Assembly: GCA_017503285.1 (NCBI GenBank)
Contig: JAFVTH010000018.1
Span: 42,930 to 106,929, forward strand
Reading direction: 5' to 3'
Source of the DNA: Clostridia bacterium
GTDB taxonomy: Bacteria; Bacillota; Clostridia; Oscillospirales; CAG-272
DNA length: 64,000 nt
Every line of letters begins with the position of its first letter. Position 1 is the first letter of the stretch. This document shows, in pieces, positions 38,903 through 49,074 of the stretch. A model generated the notes under the pieces. It did not search any database. It was not told the origin of the DNA and saw only the letters and a program-made list of their open reading frames with translations. The position numbers and the translations under genes were made by a program.

Positions 38903-39700
38903 TTGGAGGATATTAAGGATTTTGATAACGAAAAAATCAGCCGGGAAATTGACGACTTTGACGAAAAGGAGCAAAAGCAGGCAAAGGCGCGCAAAATCAT
39001 TTCTAATACCTTTTCTGCAATTTTCGGCGTTGCACTTTTGGCTTTTGTTATCTTTCTTATTGTGAGAATCTCCTTTTCTGACCACAAGCCACTCAACGGT
39101 CTTTGGGTTACTGATAGCTTTGTCGAGGCGGTTGTGAACGAGGACGGCACATATGGCGATATTTTCACACACGATACAGAAAGCGCTTTTATGGATAGTG
39201 ATGAGGGCTCTGTTTTCCCATATTCATTTATTTATATTCCATCATCCGGCTATATACAGCTTACTGTAAGGTATAACAAGCATCAGCTTGATAAGGTAAG
39301 GGTTCAATGCCCTAATTTTAAGAACGAGAGCGTTTTCTATACTCTTACCGATAAAAATGGGGCTACATACACCCCAAATATTATTGAATTTGAGGAAAAT
39401 GCCAGCTACGGCTACTACAAGGTTGAATTTACCGGCGTTAACTTTGATGCTGACGAGCTAACTATAAATATGTATCTTGACGGCATTGAATGGTATAAGG
39501 CTGACGACACTACTGCCGCTATTCTAAGGGAAAACAAGGACGCAACCTATAAGTCGGGCGAGGTTTTGATACACGACCATTTTGAGCTTGTTTACGACGA
39601 GGAGAAAAAAGAGGACGTAGAGGTCGTAAAGCAATACGCCCCATACTACCTATCTGAAAACGAGATTAACCAAATAAACGAAAAGAAAAGTGCTAAATAG
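38903..39700 (+). CDS. Hypothetical membrane-anchored protein
   Basis: GGGAG RBS, TTG start, single TM then acidic domain. Confidence 0.75.
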   Translation: MEDIKDFDNEKISREIDDFDEKEQKQAKARKIISNTFSAIFGVALLAFVIFLIVRISFSDHKPLNGLWVTDSFVEAVVNEDGTYGDIFTHDTESAFMDSDEGSVFPYSFIYIPSSGYIQLTVRYNKHQLDKVRVQCPNFKNESVFYTLTDKNGATYTPNIIEFEENASYGYYKVEFTGVNFDADELTINMYLDGIEWYKADDTTAAILRENKDATYKSGEVLIHDHFELVYDEEKKEDVEVVKQYAPYYLSENEINQINEKKSAK

Positions 39701-39818
39701 CACTTTTCTTTTTTGTTTGCCTCTGTTTAATTTTTGGCATATTATGATTAGCGAGGGAGCTTTTTGACAATAATAGCATTAGCATAATTTTGCTAATTCA
39801 TTTTAGGAGTGATAATTT

Positions 39819-40217
39819 TTGAATAGTATAAGGCGCGGAGATATTTTTTATGCTGATTTAAGCCCTGTGGTTGGCTCTGAGCAGGGTGGGCTACGCCCTG
39901 TTTTGATAGTACAAAACGATGTGGGCAATAAATATAGCCCCACTGTGATTGCTGCCGCCATTACCAGCAAGATGTCTAAGGCGAAGCTACCTACACATAT
40001 TGATGTTACGGCTAAGGATGTTGGTTTACTTAAGGACTCTGTGATTTTGCTTGAGCAAATCAGAACTATTGACAAGGTGCGTCTTAAGGAGCGCATGGGT
40101 CATCTTGACGACTCTACTATGACGCAGGTTAACAGCGCAATCTCTGTTTCATTCGGTCTTGGCGCACAGGGTGAGTATCCACCAAATGCCCCGGTCATTG
40201 GTAATGTGCTTGGATAA
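39819..40217 (+). CDS. mazF: MazF/PemK family endoribonuclease toxin (NdoA/EndoA-like)
   Basis: [42 protein letters not shown]; AGGAG RBS, TTG start. Confidence 0.93.
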   Translation: MNSIRRGDIFYADLSPVVGSEQGGLRPVLIVQNDVGNKYSPTVIAAAITSKMSKAKLPTHIDVTAKDVGLLKDSVILLEQIRTIDKVRLKERMGHLDDSTMTQVNSAISVSFGLGAQGEYPPNAPVIGNVLG

Positions 40218-40328
40218 TATTAAGCCACTTCAGCAAGGAAGTGGCTTTATTTATTTGCAGTTTAGGCTTGAAATATATAATAAAAAATGTTAAAATACCC
40301 TTTGGAAATTTATCAAGGAGCATTACTT

Positions 40329-41051
40329 ATGAAGTGGGAAGAAATCTTTGACGTCAGATATCACGACACCAATGCTAACGAAATAGTTGGTATTTCAAAT
40401 ATTTTCAAATTTATACAGGAAACGGCAATGCGCCAAATGAGGGCATGCAAGCCCTCTTATCAGGACCTTGTTAATGAGGGTAAGGCGCTTATTCTTAGCA
40501 ACATCCGTGTGGAGTGCCTGCGCCCTATTTACCCTTATGAAAAAATAACAGTAAATAGCTGGGCGGGAAACAATAACCGTGGCTTTACTACACACCGTTC
40601 CTATCAGATTTTTAACGGTGATGAGCTAATTTGCGAGGGGCTTTCTGCCTGGGCGCTTGTTTCCACCACTGACAAAAAGCTGCTTAGAATTAATGAGGTT
40701 GATTTTTCAAATTACGAGGGGGAGGAGCCTCTTACCCTTGAGGGTCCACTACGTGTGCGCATACCAAACGAGGTTAAATTGACCCTTGTGGGAGAGTATA
40801 CCGTCAGATACACCGACACAGACCTAAACGGTCATATGAATAATACATACTACCCGGATATGCTTTTCAACTGCCTGCCTAAGTGTCAGAGCAAGATTGT
40901 TAAGTCCTTGGCTATTTCCTATGCTAACGAGGCACTTGTTGGGGACAACCTTAAAATTTATATGGCATTTACCGACGGCAAATATTACATGCGCTCTGTT
41001 CACGAGGATGGCAGAGTCAACGTTGAGGCTGAGCTTACTGTAGAGGGCTGA
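40329..41051 (+). CDS. Acyl-ACP thioesterase family
   Basis: VRYHDTN, FIQE, DTDLNGHMNNTYY. Confidence 0.88.
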   Translation: MKWEEIFDVRYHDTNANEIVGISNIFKFIQETAMRQMRACKPSYQDLVNEGKALILSNIRVECLRPIYPYEKITVNSWAGNNNRGFTTHRSYQIFNGDELICEGLSAWALVSTTDKKLLRINEVDFSNYEGEEPLTLEGPLRVRIPNEVKLTLVGEYTVRYTDTDLNGHMNNTYYPDMLFNCLPKCQSKIVKSLAISYANEALVGDNLKIYMAFTDGKYYMRSVHEDGRVNVEAELTVEG

Positions 41052-41132
41052 AAAAATTCCAATTATTTATAATTGACAAAGCGTTTTTTATATGTTATTA
41101 TCTATGTGTAAATAATTTAAAAGGAGTATTTT

Positions 41133-41366
41133 ATGAAAAAGATTATCTGCAAAAAGACTTATGATACAGAGCTTTCAAGCGTTGTACATAAGGTTACAAG
41201 TGGATTCTTTGGCGATCCTTGTGGTTATGAGGAAACTCTTTATGTTACCGCTGATGGCTTCTATTTCCTTTACACAAACGGCGGATGCGACTCTATTTAT
41301 CCAGAGGAAAGCATTAAGAGAATGTCAAAGGCTGCTGCAACTGAGTGGATTGAAAGCCACAAATAA
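41133..41366 (+). CDS. Small hypothetical protein
   Basis: Own TTGACA promoter, AAGGAG RBS, downstream hairpin; MKKIICKKTYDTE...EETLY. Confidence 0.8.
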   Translation: MKKIICKKTYDTELSSVVHKVTSGFFGDPCGYEETLYVTADGFYFLYTNGGCDSIYPEESIKRMSKAAATEWIESHK

Positions 41367-41417
41367 TAAAGGCTAAGCGCATTTACCAATGCGCTTTTCT
41401 TTACGAAAGGATTTTTT

Positions 41418-42809
41418 ATGGACAATTCAAATAATCAGCCAAGAGAAAAATTAGGCAGCCGCATTGGCTTTATTCTTTTGAGCGCAGGCTGTGCCATTGG
41501 CGTTGGTAATGTGTGGAAGTTCCCTTATGTTACCGGTCAATACGGTGGCGGTATTTTCGTTTTAATCTATCTTGTGTTCCTTGTTATTTTAGGTATTCCT
41601 GTTATGACAATGGAGTTTTCAATGGGTCGTGGCGCAGGTGCCAGCCCTGTAAAAATGCATCAGGTGCTTACCCCAAATAAGCCTGCTTGGCGCGCCCACG
41701 GCTTTGCCTCGCTTGTGGCGAACATTATGCTTATGATGTTTTATACCTCGGTAACGGGCTGGATGCTACAATACTTTGTTTACTCTGTAAACGGCACCCT
41801 TGAGAGTGCAACAACTCCGGATGCCTCCGGTGCTATCTTTAGTGGTATGCTTGCAAACCCGGGCATGCTTATTTTGTTTATGGCAATTGTTGTTTTGCTT
41901 GGCAGCCTTGTTTGTGCCTTTAACATCAGCAAGGGTCTTGAAAAGGTTACAAATGTTATGATGACGGCGCTGCTTGTTCTTATTATAGTTTTGGCAATCC
42001 ACAGCTTTACTCTACCGGGTGCCGGCGAGGGTCTTAAGTTCTATCTACTGCCCAGCCTGGAAAACATTGAGAAGGCAGGACTGCTCAATGTTATTGTTGC
42101 GGCAATGAACCAAGCATTCTTTACACTTAGCCTTGGTATTGGCTCGATGGCTATTTTCGGCAGCTTTATTGACAAAAAGCGCTCCTTGCTTGGAGAGAGC
42201 GTTAACATCACAATTCTTGACACCTTTGTGGCAATTACAGCAGGACTTATTATCTTCCCTGCTTGCTTTACCTACAATATTAACCCCGGGGAGGGTCCAA
42301 ACCTGATTTTTGTAACCCTGCCAACTGTATTTGCAAATATGCCCGGCGGTAGGATTTGGGGCTCACTCTTCTTCCTATTTATGGCATTTGCTGCTCTTTC
42401 CACAATCTTTGCAGTTTTCCAAAATATTATTTCCTGCGTGCAGGAGCTTTTCCGCCTAAAGAAATGGGTTGCTTCACTTATTTGCGGTGTTGGTCTTTTC
42501 GTCCTTTCCATTCCTTGCGTGCTTGGCTTTAACCTTTGGGCCGGCTTTGAGCCACTTGGTGCCGGCTCCGGAGTTTTGGACCTTGAGGACTATATTGTTA
42601 GTAACATTCTTCTGCCTCTTGGCTCTCTTTGCGTGGTGCTTTACTGTAACCACAAGTTTGGCTGGGGCTTTGAGAATTTCAAAAAAGAGGCTAACCAAGG
42701 CAAGGGTCTTAAGGTAAAAAATTGGATGAGAATTTATTTTGCATACATTCTCCCAATTATTATCAGCATTATTCTCGTTTATGGCATTGTTTCCCCATTT
42801 GTGGGCTAA
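41418..42809 (+). CDS. Sodium-dependent transporter (NSS/SNF family)
   Basis: GCAIGVGNVWKFPY, GGGIF, QAFFTLSLG, GPNLIF. Confidence 0.93.
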   Translation: MDNSNNQPREKLGSRIGFILLSAGCAIGVGNVWKFPYVTGQYGGGIFVLIYLVFLVILGIPVMTMEFSMGRGAGASPVKMHQVLTPNKPAWRAHGFASLVANIMLMMFYTSVTGWMLQYFVYSVNGTLESATTPDASGAIFSGMLANPGMLILFMAIVVLLGSLVCAFNISKGLEKVTNVMMTALLVLIIVLAIHSFTLPGAGEGLKFYLLPSLENIEKAGLLNVIVAAMNQAFFTLSLGIGSMAIFGSFIDKKRSLLGESVNITILDTFVAITAGLIIFPACFTYNINPGEGPNLIFVTLPTVFANMPGGRIWGSLFFLFMAFAALSTIFAVFQNIISCVQELFRLKKWVASLICGVGLFVLSIPCVLGFNLWAGFEPLGAGSGVLDLEDYIVSNILLPLGSLCVVLYCNHKFGWGFENFKKEANQGKGLKVKNWMRIYFAYILPIIISIILVYGIVSPFVG

Positions 42810-42893
42810 ATTCAAAAAGAGGTCAATTATGACCTCTTTTTTTATTTACAAGACTTGGGCGATGTGGTAAAATAAGGTAAGGGTGGTGATACT

Positions 42894-44795
42894 ATGACTT
42901 TTGAAAATGCAAAATTTATTTGGCTACAAAATGAGTCTGTGGACCAGTATATGGAGTCCTATGATGAGCTTATATATAATGGCAAGGGAGCTATATGTCA
43001 AATAAGCTGTGATGGAGATTATACTCTTTTCATAAATGGCACCTGTGTTTCCTTTGGGCAATATGGGGACTATGAGCATTACAAGATTTATGATGAAATA
43101 GATATAACAAGATATCTTACAGTAGGTAAAAATCACTTCTCTGTGGTGTGCCATCACACGGGCAAGGATTTTCAAAGATATAAAAAATATAAGGCCGGGC
43201 TTATTTATCAGGTTACAGAGGGGGAGGAAATTACCCTTGTTAGTGACGAAAGCACCCTTGTGCGCCAAAGTAATACCTTTGAAAGCAGGCGAGCTAAGCA
43301 AATTTCCTCACAGCTGGGCTTTTCATATAAATATGACAGCACAAAAGAGGATTTATGGACACAGGGTCAGCTTTTTGGCTTTGAAAACGCAACTGCTATA
43401 GAAAAGAATTGCACCTTTTACAAAAGACCCATACCTAAGCATAATCTTTTAGAAATGGCGCTTGGCAAGGTAGCATTTGAGGGTCAGGATTACATAGTTT
43501 ACGATTTGGGCAAGGAGTATGTAGGGTTATTTTCCGTGGAGCTTGAATGTGACGAGCCAACGGATATTACCTTTGCCTACGGCGAGCATTTAGAAAACGA
43601 CCGTGTTGTAAGGATAATGGGCGACAGGGACTTTAGCATTGAATATAGAGCTAAGGCGGGGGTAAATAATCATACCAGCTACATGCTACGCTTTGCCTGT
43701 CGATATATAGAAATACAGACACAGGGTAAGGTAAAGGTTAACAAAATTGGAATTATCCCTCAAGTCTATCCCGTAAAAAGGGTTATCAAAAATCTGCCAA
43801 GCAAGGCGCTTAATAGTATATATGATATTTGCCTAAACACCCTGGAGCTTTGCATGATGGAGCATTATGTGGATTGCCCTTGGCGTGAGCAATGCCTATA
43901 CGCCTTTGACTCTCGCAACCAAATGCTATGTGGCTACTATGGCTTTGAGGGTGGCAACTATGAATATGCAAGAGCAAATTTACTGCTTATGAGCAAGGAC
44001 AAGCGAGATGATGAGCTGCTTTCCATATGCTTTCCATCCGGCACAGACCTTACTATACCATCCTTTTCTCTTTATTATATTTTGTCCGTGGTTGAATACA
44101 CCACCCATTCAGGGGATTTGACCCTTGCAAGACAGGTAAACCACAAGCTAAGGCTTATATTAAATGCAATTATTGGCAATATGAAGAAGGACCTTGCCTG
44201 TCGCTTTGAGGGTGAGCTACATTGGAACTTTTACGACTGGAGTAAGGGAAACGAGGGCACGATTTTCAAAAGCGAAAATAGACAGCCCGACCCTATGCTT
44301 TCTATGCTTCTTATTATGGCGCTCAACTCCTATGAAAGGCTTTGTCAAATATGTGGCTTTGACTTTGGATATAGCTATATTGCAGATAAAATCGCTAAGG
44401 CTGTGAAAAAAAGCTACTTCGACAAGGACAAGGGGCTTTGGTTTATTGACAAGGTGGGCGGGCTTTATACCGAGCTGCTAAACGCCTTTGCCGTTTCCTT
44501 TGGTGTCAGCACAGGTGACGAGGCTGAAAAAATTTGCAACGCCCTTAGCTTGGGCACCCTTTTACCATCTTCCCTTTCTACTAAATGCTTTAAATATGAT
44601 GCACTTATAAAAAAAAATAAGGACTTATATAAGGACTATATCCTTTCTGACATTGAAAAAACCTATGGTCCTATGATAGAAACAGGCACTGTTTGGGAAA
44701 CTTCTGAGGGCAAAAGCTCCTTTGGTGGCGCAGGCAGCCTATGCCACGGCTGGAGCTCAATCCCTATTTACTACTTCAACCTCTTACTTGATTAA
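42894..44795 (+). CDS. GH78-like alpha-L-rhamnosidase
   Basis: YDLGKE, YGEHL, DCPWRE, TVWE, SLCHGWSS. Confidence 0.82.
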   Translation: MTFENAKFIWLQNESVDQYMESYDELIYNGKGAICQISCDGDYTLFINGTCVSFGQYGDYEHYKIYDEIDITRYLTVGKNHFSVVCHHTGKDFQRYKKYKAGLIYQVTEGEEITLVSDESTLVRQSNTFESRRAKQISSQLGFSYKYDSTKEDLWTQGQLFGFENATAIEKNCTFYKRPIPKHNLLEMALGKVAFEGQDYIVYDLGKEYVGLFSVELECDEPTDITFAYGEHLENDRVVRIMGDRDFSIEYRAKAGVNNHTSYMLRFACRYIEIQTQGKVKVNKIGIIPQVYPVKRVIKNLPSKALNSIYDICLNTLELCMMEHYVDCPWREQCLYAFDSRNQMLCGYYGFEGGNYEYARANLLLMSKDKRDDELLSICFPSGTDLTIPSFSLYYILSVVEYTTHSGDLTLARQVNHKLRLILNAIIGNMKKDLACRFEGELHWNFYDWSKGNEGTIFKSENRQPDPMLSMLLIMALNSYERLCQICGFDFGYSYIADKIAKAVKKSYFDKDKGLWFIDKVGGLYTELLNAFAVSFGVSTGDEAEKICNALSLGTLLPSSLSTKCFKYDALIKKNKDLYKDYILSDIEKTYGPMIETGTVWETSEGKSSFGGAGSLCHGWSSIPIYYFNLLLD

Positions 44796-44796
44796 T

Positions 44797-44831
44797 TAAA
44801 AAAGACAATCCAAATTGGATTGTCTTTTTTC
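44797..44831. terminator. Bidirectional terminator
   Basis: AAAAAGACAATCCA/TGGATTGTCTTTTT. Confidence 0.8.
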
Positions 44832-44869
44832 TATTCATCAGTCAAAACATAGGAGGTTTTTAACTGTGT

Positions 44870-46666
44870 TTAGCTTTCTTTTTTTGCACGATATTTCTCT
44901 GCCTGCAGCTCAAACATCTCAGCATACTTGCCTCCTTTTTGAATGAGCTGGTCGTGGGAGCCGCTTTCTATTATTGTGCCATTTTCGAACATATAAATTC
45001 TATTAACATGTCGTGTAGTAGACAAGCGATGGGTAATAAAAATTACCGTTTTATCTCTTGCATTTTTATCTATACCGACATTTAAATTGTACTCTGCTAT
45101 TGGGTCTAAGGCACTTGATGGCTCATCCATTATTAGCATTTGATTGTCGTGCGCAAAGACACGAGCTATGGCTATTTTTTGGTTTTCTCCGCCCGAAAGG
45201 TTTGTCCCGTTATCATAAAACTCTCTTGTCAGCTCTGTGTGTATTCCTTCCTTAAGCTGACTCAATCTCTGCCCGAAGGTGCTGTCCTCCAAGGCGCTTA
45301 AAACCACATTTTCCTTGTCCTCTGTATAAACATCTCCCAGCACGTTTTCAGCAACTGATGCTGCAAAAACCTTATAATCCTGAAAAACTGCTCCGATTTT
45401 TTCTCTTAAGCTTTCAAGCTTGTATTCCTTTATATCAATGCCGTTTATAAGGATTTGCCCCTTAGAAACATCGTATAACCTCATTATGAGCTTTGTAGTA
45501 GTGGTTTTACCGGCGCCGTTGTAGCCAACAAAGGCAATTCTTTCCCCTTTTTTTATGTAAAAGCTTACGTTTTCTAACACATATTTATCATCATATGCAA
45601 AGTATACGTTTTTGAATTCCAGGCTTTCAACCTCTAAAAGCTCTCTTTCTCCGGATTTTATTTGCGTTTCGGTTTCCATAAATCTTCTAACCTTATCGGC
45701 AAATAAAGAGTCCTTGCCCATTTCAACAAACTTGCTTTGTATGTCGTAAACAAGACCCTTAAGCTTCCATGATGCGGTAATTGCAACAGTAAAGCCACCA
45801 ATGAGCACAGACCCCTCAAAAAGTCCCTTTGCCATAAAAATCAATATAAACAGCGTAAGTGCTGTGTTTAAAAGAGTCGCCGCTATTGTAAGGATTCTTG
45901 CTTTAATATTCATTGAAATAGCTGCTCTTTTTTGCTGTTCAATGGCTTTGTCGTATTCGTTGATTACATTTTTTGAAACATCGGTAAGCCTTATCTCCTT
46001 TGCATAATCAGCAAGAGAGAAGAATTTTTCCACATACCAGGTTTTTCTCCAAATCTCATTTGTTTCTATGTTGTATTTGTAGTACACACCGTTTTGTATC
46101 AGTCGAATTATCATATCAAGCACGGAAACGCCTAAAATTACTACAGCAATTACCGGATCAACTGTTAATACTACTGCAAAAACCGAGCCTGATGCAATAA
46201 GTGAACGAACAAGGTCGCCAAGCTGATCAATAGTGTTGACTATGCTTTTATCACAGTTTTGCATCGAATATATAAAATCATTGTAAAACTCCGGAGTGTC
46301 GTAGCAAGCCAGGTCAATATCGCTTGCTTTTACGAAGAAGCTTTTATGTATAAGTCTGATAAAGTTCAGCTTATGCGTGGGGTTAAGAAGCTTATAATAC
46401 CAAGCAAAAAACAACTCGTATACAAGAGTATAAAGCCCCATAAGAAGGATTAGCACCATAATATGCTCAACGCTTCTTCCCATATCAAGCGAATTTAAAA
46501 TTTCCTTTGTAAAAAACAAGGATGCGCCATGATTTAAGCCTGTAAAAAATCCCATAACAAGACGCATTATTACCATTAATCTGTCGCTTTTGAAGGCAAG
46601 ATTCAAAATGAAAATATTGTTTTTTACCGCCTGTCTAAAGGGAACCTTTTCCTTTTTATTCTTCAT
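44870..46666 (-). CDS. ABC exporter, fused permease-ATPase
   Basis: TM N-terminal half, YAKEIRL, GYNGAGKT, LSGGENQK, DEPSSALDP. Confidence 0.92.
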   Translation of the reverse strand: MKNKKEKVPFRQAVKNNIFILNLAFKSDRLMVIMRLVMGFFTGLNHGASLFFTKEILNSLDMGRSVEHIMVLILLMGLYTLVYELFFAWYYKLLNPTHKLNFIRLIHKSFFVKASDIDLACYDTPEFYNDFIYSMQNCDKSIVNTIDQLGDLVRSLIASGSVFAVVLTVDPVIAVVILGVSVLDMIIRLIQNGVYYKYNIETNEIWRKTWYVEKFFSLADYAKEIRLTDVSKNVINEYDKAIEQQKRAAISMNIKARILTIAATLLNTALTLFILIFMAKGLFEGSVLIGGFTVAITASWKLKGLVYDIQSKFVEMGKDSLFADKVRRFMETETQIKSGERELLEVESLEFKNVYFAYDDKYVLENVSFYIKKGERIAFVGYNGAGKTTTTKLIMRLYDVSKGQILINGIDIKEYKLESLREKIGAVFQDYKVFAASVAENVLGDVYTEDKENVVLSALEDSTFGQRLSQLKEGIHTELTREFYDNGTNLSGGENQKIAIARVFAHDNQMLIMDEPSSALDPIAEYNLNVGIDKNARDKTVIFITHRLSTTRHVNRIYMFENGTIIESGSHDQLIQKGGKYAEMFELQAEKYRAKKES

Positions 46667-48506
46667 CTACGTCCCCTCCCTCTATGTCAACATAATTTTG
46701 TGCTTGCTTGTTAAACATATCGGCATATTTTCCGCACCTTGCCATTAGCTCTAAATGGCTTCCACTTTCAATTACCTCTCCGCCATCCAGCATATATATT
46801 TTATCTGCAGATACGGCACTTGATAATCTATGCGATATAAACACCATCCCCTTACCTTGACCGATGCTCATCATATTATTATACATTTGGCTTTCGGCAA
46901 CCGGGTCTAAGGCGCTGGTTGGCTCGTCTAAAACTATATAAGGAGAGTTTTTCAAAAAGGCGTGCGCAATTGCCAGCTTTTGCCCCTCGCCAACGGACAA
47001 TACAGCACCGTCCTCACTGAATTCCTTAGTAAGAACTGTATTGTAGCCATCCTTTAGCTCCATAATCCTGTTATATACTCCGCTTAGCTTGAGTGCCTCT
47101 ATGATTTTTTCCTCATCCCCCTCCTCAAAGGGTCTCATTAGCACATTTTCAGACACAGGTAGGGCAATTTGCTTAAAATCCTGAAACACGACGCTAAATA
47201 AATTTCTATATTCCTTTGTCCTTAGCTCTCTTATGTCAACGCCATTAAGTGTTATTCTTCCTTCTGTAACATCATACAATCGCAGAAGAAGCTTTACAAG
47301 CGTGCTTTTTCCTGCTCCATTGTGTCCTACAAGAGCAATTTTTTCGTTGCTTTTCAGTTCAAGATTTATGTTTTTAAGTACATATTCCTCGCTACCAAAA
47401 TACTTAAATGATACATTTTCAAATTTAATTGTTCCTACCTGTGGCACAATGCCATCCGGGTTTTCCTTGATTTGTGGCTCATAGCCTATAAACTCTCTAA
47501 AATCCTCTACAAATAAGGATTTTTCATGTAACCTATAGTACTGGTTTGTGATCTGTATAAATGAGTTTGAAAGCTCCGAAACTGAATTTATAACAATAGC
47601 ACAGCCTCCAAGTCCCAACGGCGCACCCCAAGGCACTCCAACCAAGGCAGAAAATACAGCATATGCTATTGCTAACGGGTTTGCAAGTATACTCGAAATC
47701 TTGTTTCCTAAAATGTCAAGAAGCATCTCCTTTTTGCCATACTTCTTCACAACATTCATTCTGCCATCCGAGGCTTCATCGTAACGCTTTAGCATAAATG
47801 ACTTAGCATTTGTAAGGCGCATTTCCTTTGCATACTCATTTGAGTAAAACACCCTTTGAGTATACTGGCATCGCCTGTGCAAAACCTTATCCTCTGTTAA
47901 ATGCTTGTGCCAAAGCTCATTGCTTTTTTTCTTAAAGAAAGAGCCAAAAAGCGGTATTATGGCAAAAATAATAAACACAGGGTCAAGTGTAAATAAAACG
48001 CTGCCATAAAGACAGGTGTTTAAAATCGTATAAAAAAAGAAAAACACAGTATAGGTTATGCTGAATACATTTGTAGTTATATCAGCAGAAGCCTTTACAT
48101 ATTTGTCATAAAAATCCGGATTTTCAAAGCAAGAAAGCTCCACCTGTGTATTTTTTTCAAATACCATTTTATTTATGGCAACCTCTATTTTTATACTTCC
48201 TACATTCCACGCAAAATCCACTATCGTGTCCACAACAAGCTGTATTATGGTAGGTATTAAAACCATGAGCAAAACTGTTTTAGCCACGTTTTCAAGACTT
48301 ATTCCACCCTGCTCGAAGGAGTCAATTATATATTTCAAGGCATATGTACCTGTAATAAAATACATAACGCTATCAAGCAAGTAGGAAAGAAGCATAACTA
48401 TACACGCAAATGGTGCATATTTAAATGAAAGCTTAAGGGCAAAAAGCGTATCCTTAATTACCGTTATAAAGGGTGCTTTTCTGTTTTTTTCTTTTTCCTT
48501 TTTCAC
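46656..48506 (-). CDS. ABC exporter, fused permease-ATPase (likely heterodimer partner)
   Basis: GHNGAGKS, LSVGEGQK variant signature, DEPTSALDP; GTG start with AGGAG RBS. Confidence 0.92.
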   Translation of the reverse strand: MKKEKEKNRKAPFITVIKDTLFALKLSFKYAPFACIVMLLSYLLDSVMYFITGTYALKYIIDSFEQGGISLENVAKTVLLMVLIPTIIQLVVDTIVDFAWNVGSIKIEVAINKMVFEKNTQVELSCFENPDFYDKYVKASADITTNVFSITYTVFFFFYTILNTCLYGSVLFTLDPVFIIFAIIPLFGSFFKKKSNELWHKHLTEDKVLHRRCQYTQRVFYSNEYAKEMRLTNAKSFMLKRYDEASDGRMNVVKKYGKKEMLLDILGNKISSILANPLAIAYAVFSALVGVPWGAPLGLGGCAIVINSVSELSNSFIQITNQYYRLHEKSLFVEDFREFIGYEPQIKENPDGIVPQVGTIKFENVSFKYFGSEEYVLKNINLELKSNEKIALVGHNGAGKSTLVKLLLRLYDVTEGRITLNGVDIRELRTKEYRNLFSVVFQDFKQIALPVSENVLMRPFEEGDEEKIIEALKLSGVYNRIMELKDGYNTVLTKEFSEDGAVLSVGEGQKLAIAHAFLKNSPYIVLDEPTSALDPVAESQMYNNMMSIGQGKGMVFISHRLSSAVSADKIYMLDGGEVIESGSHLELMARCGKYADMFNKQAQNYVDIEGGDVDEE

Positions 48507-48612
48507 AAAGTCATCATCTCCTATTACATACTGAATACAGATACCAAGACGGGGTCATAGTTGCTTTTTATTTATAGCTTCTCTTTCTTGAATAATATTT
48601 GTATTATAACCA

Positions 48613-48673
48613 TTATAATTCTAAAATGGAATTTTGTCAATAGCTTTTAATGTTATAATTCCATAAAGGAATT
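48613..48673. promoter_or_regulatory. Two operator-like palindromes AATTCY-N5-GGAATT over divergent promoters
   Basis: Sites at 48617-48633 and 48657-48673; minus-strand TTGACA-17-TATAAT spans site 1. Confidence 0.7.
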
Positions 48674-48692
48674 AATTTTTGAGGTTCACGCT

Positions 48693-48944
48693 ATGAAAAC
48701 ACGTAAGCAGATCTATGGCGACGCAAATCTTATCGGTCACAACGTTGAACGACTACGCAAGGAGCAGGGCATCAAGCAAAAGGATTTTATCGCTCGTCTC
48801 CAGGTTGCAGGGCTGAACATAAACCCCACCAGCTACTCAAAGCTAGAGGGACAGGTTCGTTTCGCTACGGATCGTGAGGTTTATTATATTGCAAGAGTAC
48901 TTGGCGTTAGTATTGACGACCTTTTTTCACAATCCTTAGAATAA
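48693..48944 (+). CDS. XRE family helix-turn-helix regulator
   Basis: IGHNVERLRKEQGIKQKDF...YSKLEGQVR...VSIDDLF. Confidence 0.88.
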   Translation: MKTRKQIYGDANLIGHNVERLRKEQGIKQKDFIARLQVAGLNINPTSYSKLEGQVRFATDREVYYIARVLGVSIDDLFSQSLE

Positions 48945-49074
48945 TACAAAAATCCCAACAGATACGTTGGGATTTTTTATTTTAGCCAAATGCCTCTTGG
49001 CAGTGCTAATACGTCCTGTGCCTTGGCTTTATAATATCGTCAGTTTATTTTGTAAGCCGAGGGTACGCCGCAAG

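Noticed and set aside
44870-48944. RiPP or bacteriocin biosynthetic cluster
   Set aside because: No modification enzyme, peptidase domain or convincing precursor next to the exporters
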